64,000 nt of DNA from Promicromonosporaceae bacterium (GCA_009783295.1 WRHK01000006.1:20813-84812); one strand, 5' to 3'; counted from the stretch's first letter, positions 19,956 to 29,611 are shown. Program-made: numbers and translations. Notes: generated from the sequence alone by a model not told the origin.

Positions 19956-20587
19956 AGAGGCTGTCGCGTGTTGCGCCCGAAGTCCTCGCGGAAGCGGGGG
20001 CCCGTGCGGGCCAGGTCCTGCGCGAACGGTGCCGCCCAGCCCGAGAACGGGTCGACGGCGAGCGACTCGTTCGAGAACCGCCGGTCGTCGGTGAGCTCCG
20101 TGACGCAGAAGTCCGGGATCGCCAGCTCGGTCACCGGCCCCGAGCGTTCCACCTCCGCGATGATCAGCGGGTGGTTGGCCCCGCCGAACACGTCCACCAC
20201 CCAGCCGTCCGCGCCCAGCCAGGCCGAGTAGCGCGTCTTGAGGATCTGCGCCCCGCCGCGGCGCACCAGCTCGACGCCGACGCCCGGGTCGATCTCCCGC
20301 TCCGCCTCGTAGCGGGTGCCGCCGGCGCTCGGTCCCTTGACCGTGACGGCGGCGAAGTCGACCACGGCGGCGTACTGCTCGAGCGCGTCGCGGGCGTCGG
20401 ACGCCGCGCCCAGGCGGGCCTCGACTCCGGAGGCCTGGCAGCGCACGCGCAGCGCGTACCCGCCGTCGGACAGGAAGTAGGACTGGACGATCAGGGCGGG
20501 CGTGTCGCGCAGGGGCGCGGGCAGGTCGCGGACCAGGAACCGGCGCTCGAACTCGAAGTCGGCGTAGCCGGGCGTCTCGTCGGTCAT
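19952..20587 (-). CDS. CYTH-domain protein
   Basis: EFERRFLV, IVQSY, ILKTRY, DVF.G.N.PLIIAEVE motifs; TACGCT 6 nt before ATG. Confidence 0.8.
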   Translation of the reverse strand: MTDETPGYADFEFERRFLVRDLPAPLRDTPALIVQSYFLSDGGYALRVRCQASGVEARLGAASDARDALEQYAAVVDFAAVTVKGPSAGGTRYEAEREIDPGVGVELVRRGGAQILKTRYSAWLGADGWVVDVFGGANHPLIIAEVERSGPVTELAIPDFCVTELTDDRRFSNESLAVDPFSGWAAPFAQDLARTGPRFREDFGRNTRQPL

Positions 20588-21168
20588 CGGCCCAGCGTAG
20601 CGACCGCCCGGGCGACGGCCTCCGCGCCGTACAGGAACGCCCCGGCGGGGTCGCCGCCCAGCTGGAACGCGCCGCTCAGCTCCATGGTGAGGAACCCGTA
20701 GGCCCAGGCGGTGACGGTGCGGGCGGCGTCGAGCGCGTGGTCGGGGCCTACGAGCTCGGCGCACGTGCGCACCACCGCGTCGCTGGCGGCCTCGAGGGCG
20801 TCGCGGGTCGGGGTCGCGCGCGGGGGCGGCGTGCCCGCCGACGGCGGGGCGAACAGCAGGCCGAACAGGCGCGGGTGGGCGTGCGCGTGCTGCCGCAGCG
20901 CGTCGGCAAGCGTGACGATGCGGCGGCGGGGGTCGGGCTCCCGGGCTGCGGCGTCGTCGAGCACCGCGGCGAGCTCACGGACCGCGCCGTCGACCACCAG
21001 GCCGAGCAGGTGCTCCCGGCTGCTGACACGCTTGTAGAGCGAGGGGGCGCGGACGCCCACGCGGGCGGCGACGGCCTGCATGGTCAGGGCGTCGGTGCCG
21101 CCAGCCTCGACGAGGGCTCGGGCGGCCGCGACGACCTGCTCGGTGGTGGTGCGCTCGGGCGCCGGCAT
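20584..21168 (-). CDS. TetR-family regulator (WHG-like C-terminus)
   Basis: HTH LTMQAVAARVGVRAPSLYK. Confidence 0.9.
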   Translation of the reverse strand: MPAPERTTTEQVVAAARALVEAGGTDALTMQAVAARVGVRAPSLYKRVSSREHLLGLVVDGAVRELAAVLDDAAAREPDPRRRIVTLADALRQHAHAHPRLFGLLFAPPSAGTPPPRATPTRDALEAASDAVVRTCAELVGPDHALDAARTVTAWAYGFLTMELSGAFQLGGDPAGAFLYGAEAVARAVATLGR

Positions 21169-21180
21169 GAGGTCCTCCCT

Positions 21181-21221
21181 TGGCTATTGACATTAGCCAT
21201 GATGGCTATCTAGCCTAGCCA
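21181..21221. promoter_or_regulatory. Two TGGCTA-N7-TAGCCA palindromes overlapping the divergent promoter region
   Basis: Palindromes at 21181-21199 and 21203-21221; TTGACA (21187) and TAGCCT (21211) lie within them. Confidence 0.75.
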
Positions 21222-21257
21222 TCGTCACACCGTACCCGTTCGAGGAAGGAGCCGGCC

Positions 21258-21974
21258 ATGCAGCTGGCACCCGGTCTGCACCGCGTGGGGAACGACATCG
21301 TCGCGGCCTACCTGATCGAGGGCGAGGGCGGCCTCACGCTCGTCGACGCCGGCCTGGCTGGCCAGTTCCGTGACCTGGAGCGCGAGCTGACCGCGATGGG
21401 CCGCACCCTCGCCGACCTGCGCGGCGTCGTGCTCACGCACGGCGACACCGACCACATCGGCTACGCCGAGCGGCTGCGCCGCGACCACGGCGTGCCGGTC
21501 TACGTGCACGAGGCCGACGCTGCGCGCGCCCGCGGCAAGGCGTCGAGCAAGCCCGCCTGGGGGCACATGCGCCTCGGGGCCGTCACGCAGTTCCTCTGGT
21601 ACGCCATGAGCCACGGCGGGATGCGCACCACCTACCTCACCGAGGTGGTCCCGGTGCGCGACGGCGACGTGCTCGACCTGCCCGGCGCCCCCCGCATCGT
21701 CTCCCTGCCGGGCCACTCGCCGGGCAGCATCGCCGTCGTGCTGGCGGGCGTCGACGCCGTGTGCGTCGGGGACGCCCTGACCACGCGGCACGTGCTCACG
21801 GGCGAGCGCGGCCCGCAGCCCGCCCCGTTCACCGACGACCCGGCGTCGGCGCGCGCCTCGCACGCCAAGCTCGCCGAGATCGACGCGACCTGGGTGCTGC
21901 CCGGCCACGGCGCGCCGTGGGACCGCGGCACGCGGGAGCTGGCGGCTCAGCTGGCGGTCGCCGACGGCACGTGA
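21258..21974 (+). CDS. MBL-fold metallo-hydrolase
   Basis: LTHGDTDHIG (HxDxDH variant), PGHSPG, GDAL, PGHG. Confidence 0.88.
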   Translation: MQLAPGLHRVGNDIVAAYLIEGEGGLTLVDAGLAGQFRDLERELTAMGRTLADLRGVVLTHGDTDHIGYAERLRRDHGVPVYVHEADAARARGKASSKPAWGHMRLGAVTQFLWYAMSHGGMRTTYLTEVVPVRDGDVLDLPGAPRIVSLPGHSPGSIAVVLAGVDAVCVGDALTTRHVLTGERGPQPAPFTDDPASARASHAKLAEIDATWVLPGHGAPWDRGTRELAAQLAVADGT

Positions 21975-23086
21975 CGTTCGGGGACCCCGTCGTAGGCGGC
22001 GAGCGGGCGGATCAGCGCGTTGCGCGACTGCTGCTCCAGCACGTGCGCCGTCCACCCGGTCACGCGCGCGGCCACGAAGATCGGCGTGAACGTGAGGGTG
22101 TCGAACCCCATGAGGTGGTAGGCGGGCCCCGACGGGTAGTCGAGGTTGGGATAGATGCCCTTGCGCTCCACGAACTGCCGCTCGAGCTCCTCGTACAGGG
22201 CCAGCAGGTCGGGCCGGTCGAAGTGCTCCACGAGCGACCCCAGGGCGGCGCGCATGGTGGGCACGCGTGAGTCGCCGTGCTTGTAGACGCGGTGCCCGAA
22301 CCCCATGATCTTGCGGTGCTCGGCGACGGCACAGTCGAGCCACGGGCCGACGTTCTCGGCCGTGCCGATCTCGTCGAACGTGTGCATGACCATCTCGTTG
22401 GCCCCGCCGTGCAGCGGCCCCTTGAGCGCCCCGATGGCCCCGACGACCGCGGAGTGCAGGTCGCTCAGGGTGCTCGCCACCACGCGCGCGGTGAAGGTCG
22501 ACGCGTTGAACGAGTGCTCGGCGTACAGGATCATCGACCGGTTGAAGGCGTCGACCACCTCGGGGTCGGGCACCGTGCCGTGGGTCATCCACAGGAAGTT
22601 GGCCGCGTAGCCGAGCGACTCGTCGGGGGCGACGGGCTCCAGGCCGTGCCGGCGCCGCTGGCCGTAGGCGACGATCGCCGGCAGCGCGGCGAAGAGCCGC
22701 AGGCTGCGGGCGACGTTCTCGTCTCGGGTCGGGCCCGTCTCGTGCAGCACCTCGCCGGCGGACTCGAACGCGCCGATGATGCTGACCGCGGTGCGGATCT
22801 CGTCCATGGGGTGGGCGTCGCGAGGAAGCGCGTCGATGGCGGCCCGCACCTCGGGCGCCAGCGGCCGGAACGGCTTCCCGTTCTCGCGCAGCCACGCGAG
22901 CTCGTCGGCCGTGGGCAGCTCCCCGTTCCACAGCAGCCAGGCCACGGCCTCGAACGGCTGCGTGGCGGCGAGCTCCTGCACGGGGTAGCCGCGGTACAGC
23001 AGCGAGTTCGTCTCCGGGTTGACCCGGCTGATCGCCGTCGTGTCGGCGACGACGCCGGCCAGGCCGGGGTGGATCTCGTCGGTCAC
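21947..23086 (-). CDS. prpC: 2-methylcitrate synthase
   Basis: GLAGVVAD, YAEHSFNASTF, GPLHGGAN, GFGHRVYK, PNLDY; last gene of prpDBC. Confidence 0.9.
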   Translation of the reverse strand: MTDEIHPGLAGVVADTTAISRVNPETNSLLYRGYPVQELAATQPFEAVAWLLWNGELPTADELAWLRENGKPFRPLAPEVRAAIDALPRDAHPMDEIRTAVSIIGAFESAGEVLHETGPTRDENVARSLRLFAALPAIVAYGQRRRHGLEPVAPDESLGYAANFLWMTHGTVPDPEVVDAFNRSMILYAEHSFNASTFTARVVASTLSDLHSAVVGAIGALKGPLHGGANEMVMHTFDEIGTAENVGPWLDCAVAEHRKIMGFGHRVYKHGDSRVPTMRAALGSLVEHFDRPDLLALYEELERQFVERKGIYPNLDYPSGPAYHLMGFDTLTFTPIFVAARVTGWTAHVLEQQSRNALIRPLAAYDGVPERHVPSATAS

Positions 23087-23985
23087 TGCTCCTCCTTGAG
23101 CATGAAGTCGTACACGTGGGTGTCGAACGTGGAGTACGCCGCGTAGTCGAGCAGCTCGTACAGCCGGGACCGGGTCTGCATGCCCGGCACCTGGGAGGCG
23201 AGGGACCCCTCGGCCCGCAGCGCGTCGAGCGCCCGCTCCGCCGCGCCCATGGCCACCCGGAGCAGCGAGACGGGGTAGATGACGATCGTGACCCCGGCGT
23301 CGGCCAGCTGCTGCCGGGTGAACAGCTTCGTCTTGCCGAACTCCGTCATGTTGGCCAGCACCGGCACGCCCAGCCGGGCGAAGGCCTCGTACTCCGCGAG
23401 CCCGGACGCCGCCTCGGGGAACAGCGCGTCCGCCCCGGCGTCCACCAGAGCGCGGGCCCGCTCGAGCGCCGCGTCGAGGCCCAGCACCGCGCGCGCGTCC
23501 GTGCGGGCCATGACGAGCAGGTCCGGGTCGCGCCGCGCCTCGACGGCCGCGCGCACGCGCTGCACGGCCGTCGCGTCGTCGACCACCTGCTTGCCGTCCA
23601 GGTGCCCGCAGCGCTTGGGGTTGACCTGGTCCTCGATGTGCAGCCCGGCGACGCCGGCGTCCTCGAGCGTCTGCACCGTGCGGGCGGCGTTCATCGCCTC
23701 GCCGAACCCCGTGTCGGCGTCCACCAGCGTCGGCAGGTCGGTCATCCGCGCCACCTGCGCGGCGCGGCTCGCCACCTCCGTCAGCGTCGTGAGGCCGACG
23801 TCGGGCAGGCCCAGGTCGGCGGCGACCACCGCGCCGGAGACGTAGACGCCGTCGAAACCCTTGTCCTGGATCAGGCGGGCGGCGAGCGGGTTGAACGCCC
23901 CGGGCAGCTCCAGCAGGCCGCCCGAGCGCAGCCGCTCCCTGAAGGCCTTCCGCTTGGCCGACGGCGTGAGCGTCGAGTACAGCAT
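23083..23985 (-). CDS. prpB: Methylisocitrate lyase
   Basis: LVDADTGFG, IEDQVNPKRCGH, ARTDA, ANMTEFGKT. Confidence 0.93.
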   Translation of the reverse strand: MLYSTLTPSAKRKAFRERLRSGGLLELPGAFNPLAARLIQDKGFDGVYVSGAVVAADLGLPDVGLTTLTEVASRAAQVARMTDLPTLVDADTGFGEAMNAARTVQTLEDAGVAGLHIEDQVNPKRCGHLDGKQVVDDATAVQRVRAAVEARRDPDLLVMARTDARAVLGLDAALERARALVDAGADALFPEAASGLAEYEAFARLGVPVLANMTEFGKTKLFTRQQLADAGVTIVIYPVSLLRVAMGAAERALDALRAEGSLASQVPGMQTRSRLYELLDYAAYSTFDTHVYDFMLKEEQ

Positions 23986-25502
23986 CAGAAGATCCCCCTC
24001 GTGGCCGGGGCCGTGCGTGCCGGGTCGGCCAGCGGCGTCACCGTGAGCCCGCCCAGCTCGTCGGGGCGCAGGTCGGGCAGCCGCTGCGCGACGTCGAGGA
24101 ACCGGTCCACCTCGGCATCCGCGAGCACGCCCTCGGCGAGCGTGCGCAGCTTGCGGACGTAGTCGGCCCGGGCGAACGGGCGCGCCCCCAGCGGGTGCGC
24201 GTCGGCGACCGCGATCTCGGCCGTCACCGTCTCCCCGCTGGTCAGCACCAGCTCCAGGCGGCCGCCGAACGCCTTCTCCGCCGGGTCCGTCGCGTGGTAC
24301 CGCCGGGTCCACTCCGGGTCCTCCGCCGTGGTGACCTTGCGCCACAGCGCGACCGTGTCGGGCCGGCCCGACCGCTCCCGCGCGTACGAGTCCACGTGGT
24401 GCCACGCCCCGTCCTGCAGCGCCACCGTGAAGATGTACGGGATCGAGTGGTCGAGCGTCTCGCGCGACGCCGCCGGGTCGTACTTCTGCGGGTCCCCGCT
24501 GCCCGACCCGATCACCGTGTGCGTGTGGTGGCTCGTGTGCAGCACCACCCGCTCGACCAGCGACGGGTCGCGCAGCTCGGGGCGCTCGCGGCCCAGCCGC
24601 CGCGCCAGGTCGATCCAGGCCTGGGCCTGGTACTCGGCCGAGTGCTCCTTGGTGTACGTGTCGAGGATCGCCCGGCGGGGCTCGCCGGGGCCGGGCAGCG
24701 GCACCGCATAGTCGGCGTCCGGGCCGTCCAGCAGCCAGGCGATGACGCCGTCCTCGCCCTCGTAGATGGGGGACGGGCTGGTCTGCCCGCGCATCGCCCG
24801 GTCCACGGCCTCGACGGCGGCCTTGCCCGCGAACGCGGGGGCGTAGGCCTTCCACGTCGAGATCTCGCCCTTGCGCGACTGCCGCGTCGCCGTCGTCGTG
24901 TGCAGCGCCTGGCCGACGGCCTGGTAGACCGTCGCGGCGTCGAGGCCCAGCAGCGTGCCCAGGCCTGCCGCGGCCGACGGCCCCAGGTGGGCGACGTGGT
25001 CGATCTTGTGTGCGTGCAGGGAGATCGCGCGCGCCAGGTCCACCTGGACCTCGTAGCCGGTGACGATCCCGCGCACCAGCGCCTCGCCCGGCGCCCCCGT
25101 GTGCTGGGCCACCGCGAGCAGGGGCGGGATGTTGTCGCCGGGGTGGGAGTACTCCGCGGCCAGGAAGGTGTCGTGGTAGTCGAGCTCGCGCACTGCGACC
25201 CCGTTGGCCCACGCGGCCCACTCGGGGCTGGTCCGGTGCTGGCTCCCGGTGATCGTCGCCCCGGAGCCGCCCGACGAGGGCCCGTGCGCCTCCGCCTGCG
25301 CGCGCGCCGCGAGCACGGGCGCCCGGCCCAGGCTGGCCGTGGCGACGGCGGCGTTGTCGATGACGCGGTTGATCACCATGTCGACGACGTCGTCCGCCGG
25401 GTCGAGCCGTTCGGCGGCAACCTCGGCGATCCGCCACGCGAGCTGTTCCTCGCGTCGTAGCCCCTCCTCGGAGCGGTGGACACGGACGTGGTGCGTGTAC
25501 AT
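23985..25502 (-). CDS. prpD: 2-methylcitrate dehydratase (MmgE/PrpD)
   Basis: VRELDYHDT...[37 protein letters not shown]. Confidence 0.93.
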   Translation of the reverse strand: MYTHHVRVHRSEEGLRREEQLAWRIAEVAAERLDPADDVVDMVINRVIDNAAVATASLGRAPVLAARAQAEAHGPSSGGSGATITGSQHRTSPEWAAWANGVAVRELDYHDTFLAAEYSHPGDNIPPLLAVAQHTGAPGEALVRGIVTGYEVQVDLARAISLHAHKIDHVAHLGPSAAAGLGTLLGLDAATVYQAVGQALHTTTATRQSRKGEISTWKAYAPAFAGKAAVEAVDRAMRGQTSPSPIYEGEDGVIAWLLDGPDADYAVPLPGPGEPRRAILDTYTKEHSAEYQAQAWIDLARRLGRERPELRDPSLVERVVLHTSHHTHTVIGSGSGDPQKYDPAASRETLDHSIPYIFTVALQDGAWHHVDSYARERSGRPDTVALWRKVTTAEDPEWTRRYHATDPAEKAFGGRLELVLTSGETVTAEIAVADAHPLGARPFARADYVRKLRTLAEGVLADAEVDRFLDVAQRLPDLRPDELGGLTVTPLADPARTAPATRGIF

Positions 25503-25589
25503 GCAGCAGCCCCCGGGGACGACGGTGTCGTGGCTGCGAACGTAGCCCGGGGGCGCTGGCCTGTCGAGGCCGGGCGGTCGGGCCGGGTG

Positions 25590-26024
25590 TCAGGCCCGGG
25601 CGACGGCGTACCGGCGCGAGCGCACCGCGAAGGCGGCGCCCATCGCGAGGGCGGCCACGCCGACGCCGCCCAGCGTGCCGGTCAGGGCCGTGACGTGCCC
25701 CGAGGGGGCGCCGGCCTCGTGCTGTGTGTCGTCGGCCAGGGGGGTGACGGCGTCGAACGCGCTGATCGCGGGCTCGATGCCGCGGGTGGCGGGGGCGGGC
25801 GTCTCGTGCGCCACGACGGCGGGCGCCTCGCCGGAAGGGACCGCTTGCGTGACCCCCACGCCCGCGAAGGCAAGCACGCCGAAGGACAGCGCGACGGCGG
25901 AGCGGCGGCGGTCCCGGCGGCGCCGGGCCAGGGGCACCACCGGGGTGGTGTCGACGGCGATCGCCGGAGCAGTCGCGGTGGCGGCCTGGCGAAGGGTCGC
26001 TGCGAAGGCGTCGTCGGTGGTCAT
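25590..26024 (-). CDS. Putative anti-sigma factor (membrane protein downstream of ECF sigma)
   Basis: GAAGGAG RBS just after sigma stop; short N-terminal segment, RRRRDRRR then TM, low-complexity loop, second TM and basic tail. Confidence 0.6.
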   Translation of the reverse strand: MTTDDAFAATLRQAATATAPAIAVDTTPVVPLARRRRDRRRSAVALSFGVLAFAGVGVTQAVPSGEAPAVVAHETPAPATRGIEPAISAFDAVTPLADDTQHEAGAPSGHVTALTGTLGGVGVAALAMGAAFAVRSRRYAVARA

Positions 26025-26039
26025 CGGGCTTCTCCTTCC

Positions 26040-26549
26040 TTACCGGGCCGCGCCGTCGGCCTGCTCAAGCACCTGCCGGAGCTGGGCGAGGCCGCGCGAG
26101 GCGGTCGACTTGATGGTGCCGAGCGAGACGCCGAGGTCGTCCGCGACCTCGGTCTCGCTCAGGCCCACGAGGTGGCGCAGCACCACGATGCGGCGCTGGC
26201 GGGGGGTCAGGGTGGCCAGCGCGCGGACCAGCTGGTCGCGGTCGATCACGGACCGGCCGGCGTCGTCGGCGTGGCTCTCGGGCAGGGTGTCGTGGGCCGG
26301 CTCGCGGTGCCGCGCGCGGCGGTCGTGGTGCCGGCGGCCCACCAGCACGCGGCGGGCGTAGGCGTACGGGTCGCGGCCGCGCACCTTCCGCCAGGCGAGG
26401 AACGTGCGGGTCAGAGCCTCCTGGACGAGCTCCTCGGCGAGGTGCTCGTCTCCGGTGAGCAGCCACGCCGTGTGCGCGAGCCTCGGCGAGGCGTCGGCCA
26501 TGAAGGCGGCGAACTCCTCGTCGGAGGTGGCGATGGGGCTCTCGGTCAC
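26040..26549 (-). CDS. SigE-family ECF RNA polymerase sigma factor
   Basis: EFAAFM...AWLLTGDEHLAEELVQEAL region 2; RQRRIVVLRH...GTIKSTASRGLAQLR region 4; GAGGAG RBS before GTG 26549. Confidence 0.9.
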   Translation of the reverse strand: MTESPIATSDEEFAAFMADASPRLAHTAWLLTGDEHLAEELVQEALTRTFLAWRKVRGRDPYAYARRVLVGRRHHDRRARHREPAHDTLPESHADDAGRSVIDRDQLVRALATLTPRQRRIVVLRHLVGLSETEVADDLGVSLGTIKSTASRGLAQLRQVLEQADGAAR

Positions 26550-26619
26550 GACGACTCCTCGGGCGGCCGGCGGCCGGTCGGCCGTCAGTCCCATTGTCGT
26601 CGTCGTTCCCTCCGGATGG

Positions 26620-26661
26620 AGCAGGCGGGGCCTGTGCTGGCGTGCACGGGCCCCGCCTGCT
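26620..26661 (-). terminator. Stem-loop after the repeat-protein gene
   Basis: AGCAGGCGGGGCC / GGCCCCGCCTGCT 13-bp stem. Confidence 0.65.
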
Positions 26662-26667
26662 GGCCGA

Positions 26668-27222
26668 TCAGGCCCGGGCGCGGCGGGCCCGCAGGCCCAG
26701 GCCGGCGCCGGCACCGACCACCACGACGCCGCCGGCCACGATGGCGACGATGGCGCCGGCGGACAGGCCACCGTTGACGTCGGCCGAGATGGGCTCGATG
26801 CCCAGCTCGCCGGAGATCGGCTCGATCTCCTGGAAGTCGCCCGAGATGGGCATGATCTCCTGGTAGTCGCCCTCGGCGATGGGCTCGATGCCCTGGTGGT
26901 CGCGGGCGAGCGGGTGGCGGTCGACGCCGTCGGGGTCGATGTCGGCGGGCGTGACCAGGTTCCCGTCCTCGTCGCGGAACTCGATGCCCGTCGTGGACTC
27001 CTCGAGGTCGGCGGAGACGGGCTCGATGCCCATCAGGTCGGCGGAGGCGGGGGCGATCCCGATCTCGGCGAGGGCGTCGAGGTCGAGGTCGGACTCGGTG
27101 CCGTCGGGCAGGTAGATCGCTGCGGCCGACGGCGCCATGGCCACGGAGGCGGCCACGGGGACGACGGCGAGCGCGCCGACGAGCAGGGCGGATGCGAGGC
27201 GGGGGAGCGGCTTCTTCGTCAT
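26668..27222 (-). CDS. Secreted, C-terminally anchored acidic protein with GIEPISAD-like repeats (184 aa)
   Basis: Signal peptide MTKKPLPRLASALLVG...AAA; seven [G/E]IxP[I/V/A]S[A/G][D/E]-like repeats; Gly/Ala/Val TM then RARRARA; TACCTT 6 nt before ATG. Confidence 0.75.
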   Translation of the reverse strand: MTKKPLPRLASALLVGALAVVPVAASVAMAPSAAAIYLPDGTESDLDLDALAEIGIAPASADLMGIEPVSADLEESTTGIEFRDEDGNLVTPADIDPDGVDRHPLARDHQGIEPIAEGDYQEIMPISGDFQEIEPISGELGIEPISADVNGGLSAGAIVAIVAGGVVVVGAGAGLGLRARRARA

Positions 27223-27379
27223 GTAAAGAAGGTAAAGGCGAGGTCTGCTCGGCGACGAACCGGCGACCGTCTGGCGTCGTGCAGAATGCCAGAAGTTGGC
27301 CGAATGTGGACTCAACCATTTCCTGCTGACGTAAAACCGCAGGTCAAAGGCGTGGCCACAAGGTAGTGGAGAAGTCAAA

Positions 27380-27409
27380 CGAGGCCGTCGTCCGAAGACG
27401 ACGGCCTCG
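27380..27409 (-). terminator. Intrinsic terminator after the OFA-type MFS gene
   Basis: CGAGGCCGTCGTC / GACGACGGCCTCG stem followed on the minus strand by TTTGACTT. Confidence 0.8.
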
Positions 27410-27425
27410 CGGCTCGGGGGTCCGG

Positions 27426-28670
27426 TCAGGCTGCCAGGGCCACCGGCGTGGTGGTGGGCGCGTCCGCGTCGCTGCGGTCGCGCTTGCGCACGCGCACCCA
27501 GACGATCAGCGCGACGAGCTGCACGGAGTACAGGACGACGAGCGTGACGTAGAGCGGCTGCGCGCCGGACCCGTACAGGAAGTACGACGAGATCTGGTTG
27601 CCCACCAGGCCCGCGGCGGCCCACGCGCTGAGGATCAGCCCGTGCACGGTCGACAGCCGGGAGATGCCCCAGTTCTGGTGCAGGATGTTCGGGATGCAGG
27701 CGAAACCGACGCCGAACATGAACTGGATGACGATGACCAGCCCGAACGTGGCGGCGACGGAGTCGGAGAACATCGCGGCGACGGCCGTCGCCGCGATCGA
27801 GGCGATCGTCATGAGGAAGTACGGCTGGTGCTTCTTGGGCGTCTTGTCCTGGTAGGCGCCCAGCGCCACGCGCCCGATGACGTTGCTCGACGCCGTGACC
27901 ATGACGAAGAGCAGGATCATGCCCATCGCGCGCTCGCCGGCGGCGTTGTAGAGCTGCTTCTCGTGGCTGATGAGGGCCAGGCCGCCGGTGATGTTCAGGA
28001 AGAACACGATCCACAGGAAGATGAACTTCTTCGACAGCACCACGGACTTGACGGAGAACGTCGTGGAGGCGACGGCCTTCTCGGCCTCGAGGTCTGCCTG
28101 CGACGTCGGCGGGCGCCACAGCAGGCGCGACGCGGCGAACAGCCCGACACCGAAGACGGCGGCCAGCACGTAGAACGCGTTGTAGACGGCCAGGCGGTCC
28201 AGCAGGAACGCGACCAGCGGGTTGATGAGCACGCCCGACACGCCGAACGCGGCGATCGAGAGGCCCGCGGCCAGGCCCTTGCGGTTGCCGAACCAGATCA
28301 TCATCGTCTTGACCGGGGTGATGTACCCGAGGCCCAGGCCGATGCCCTGGATCACGCCGAAGCCGAGGATGACGACGGCGGCGGACCGCATCTGGATGCC
28401 GGCACCCGTCACGAACCAGCCGAGCGTGAACGTCACGAACGTCCAGAACGCCGAACGGGTCGGGTTCTTCTCGACGAGCTTGCCGCCGAACGCCGCGGAC
28501 ATGCCCAGGAAGAAGATGGCGATCGAGAAGCTCCACGACGTCACCGCCGGGCCGAAGCCCGTGTACGCCCAGATGTCCTCCTTGAAGAGGGTCCAGCAGT
28601 ACACGGAGCCGATGGCGAAGTTGATCAGCGCCATGGGCACGACGCCGTTGAGGTACTTGTTCTTCGCCAT
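27426..28670 (-). CDS. MFS transporter, oxalate/formate antiporter (OFA)-like
   Basis: IGSVYCW, FFLGMSAAFGG, GIGLGLGYITPV, WFGNRKGLAAG, HGLILSAWAAAG patterns. Confidence 0.85.
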   Translation of the reverse strand: MAKNKYLNGVVPMALINFAIGSVYCWTLFKEDIWAYTGFGPAVTSWSFSIAIFFLGMSAAFGGKLVEKNPTRSAFWTFVTFTLGWFVTGAGIQMRSAAVVILGFGVIQGIGLGLGYITPVKTMMIWFGNRKGLAAGLSIAAFGVSGVLINPLVAFLLDRLAVYNAFYVLAAVFGVGLFAASRLLWRPPTSQADLEAEKAVASTTFSVKSVVLSKKFIFLWIVFFLNITGGLALISHEKQLYNAAGERAMGMILLFVMVTASSNVIGRVALGAYQDKTPKKHQPYFLMTIASIAATAVAAMFSDSVAATFGLVIVIQFMFGVGFACIPNILHQNWGISRLSTVHGLILSAWAAAGLVGNQISSYFLYGSGAQPLYVTLVVLYSVQLVALIVWVRVRKRDRSDADAPTTTPVALAA

Positions 28671-28849
28671 CGGTCGGTGCTCCGCCTCTCAGTGGGTCGC
28701 GTCGCGGCCCGGGGAGGTCGGGTCCGCGTGCCGGCTCGCCGGAACGCTCCGAGCGAGACTAGGCGGCACGCCGTGTGACGTGGGCGACTTGGCCCGAGAT
28801 GGACCCGGATGCGGCGCGCGCGTCGCGGTGCGCGCGCCTCGGGGGCGGG

Positions 28850-29611
28850 TCACCAGCTCTGGTCGGCGGCGCGGACGAACACCTCGTTGACCGCGACGCG
28901 GCGTGCGCTGGTGACGATGTATGCGATCGCATCGGCGATGTCCTCGGGCTGGAGCCGCTCGATCGAATCGATCTGCTGCTCGATGCCGGCCCGGAGCTCC
29001 TCGCGGGTGTGGGACGCGAGCTCGGTGTCGACGTTTCCCGGCTCGACGACGCTGACGCGCACGCGCAGCGGCTGCAGCTCCTGGCGGAGGGCCTCGCTGA
29101 AGCCGTTCACGCCGAACTTCGTGAGGTTGTAGACGGCCGTGCCCGGGCGGGCGACGCGGCCGGCGGACGAGCTGATGTTGACCAGGTCGGCAGTGCGGCG
29201 CGGCCCGCCCTCGGCGGCCTTGACCAGGTGGGGGAGCGCCGCCTGCGACATGTAGAGCAGGCCCAGCACGTTGACGTCGACCATCCGCTCCCACTCGCCC
29301 TCGGGGGCCGAGGCGAACGGGCCCACCAGCATGGCGCCGGCGTTGTTCACCAGCACGTCGAGCCGCCCGAATGCCTCGACGACCTCGGCGACTGCCGCGT
29401 CCGCACCGGCCCTCGTGGTGATGTCGGCGACGACGGCGCGTGCCACGCCGCCCTCGTCCTCGATCGAGGCGACGACCTCGGCGAGGCGATCGGCGCGCCG
29501 CGCCACCAGTGCGACCGACGCGCCCTCCCTCGCGAGCCGTCGTGCCGTCGCCGCGCCGATCCCGCTGCTGGCGCCGGTGACCAGTGCGACCGTTCCCTCG
29601 AGCTCGTTCAC
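28850..29611 (-). CDS. SDR-family oxidoreductase
   Basis: VTGASSGIG, LVNNAG, YNLTK catalytic YxxxK. Confidence 0.92.
   Translation of the reverse strand: MNELEGTVALVTGASSGIGAATARRLAREGASVALVARRADRLAEVVASIEDEGGVARAVVADITTRAGADAAVAEVVEAFGRLDVLVNNAGAMLVGPFASAPEGEWERMVDVNVLGLLYMSQAALPHLVKAAEGGPRRTADLVNISSSAGRVARPGTAVYNLTKFGVNGFSEALRQELQPLRVRVSVVEPGNVDTELASHTREELRAGIEQQIDSIERLQPEDIADAIAYIVTSARRVAVNEVFVRAADQSW

Noticed and set aside
28671-28760. TPP-riboswitch-like CTGAGAGG...CGACCG in the OFA transporter leader
   Set aside because: Only a fragment resembles the 5' half; the GAACCTGAT/P4-P5 half is missing and the start codon follows immediately. An Rfam scan would settle it.
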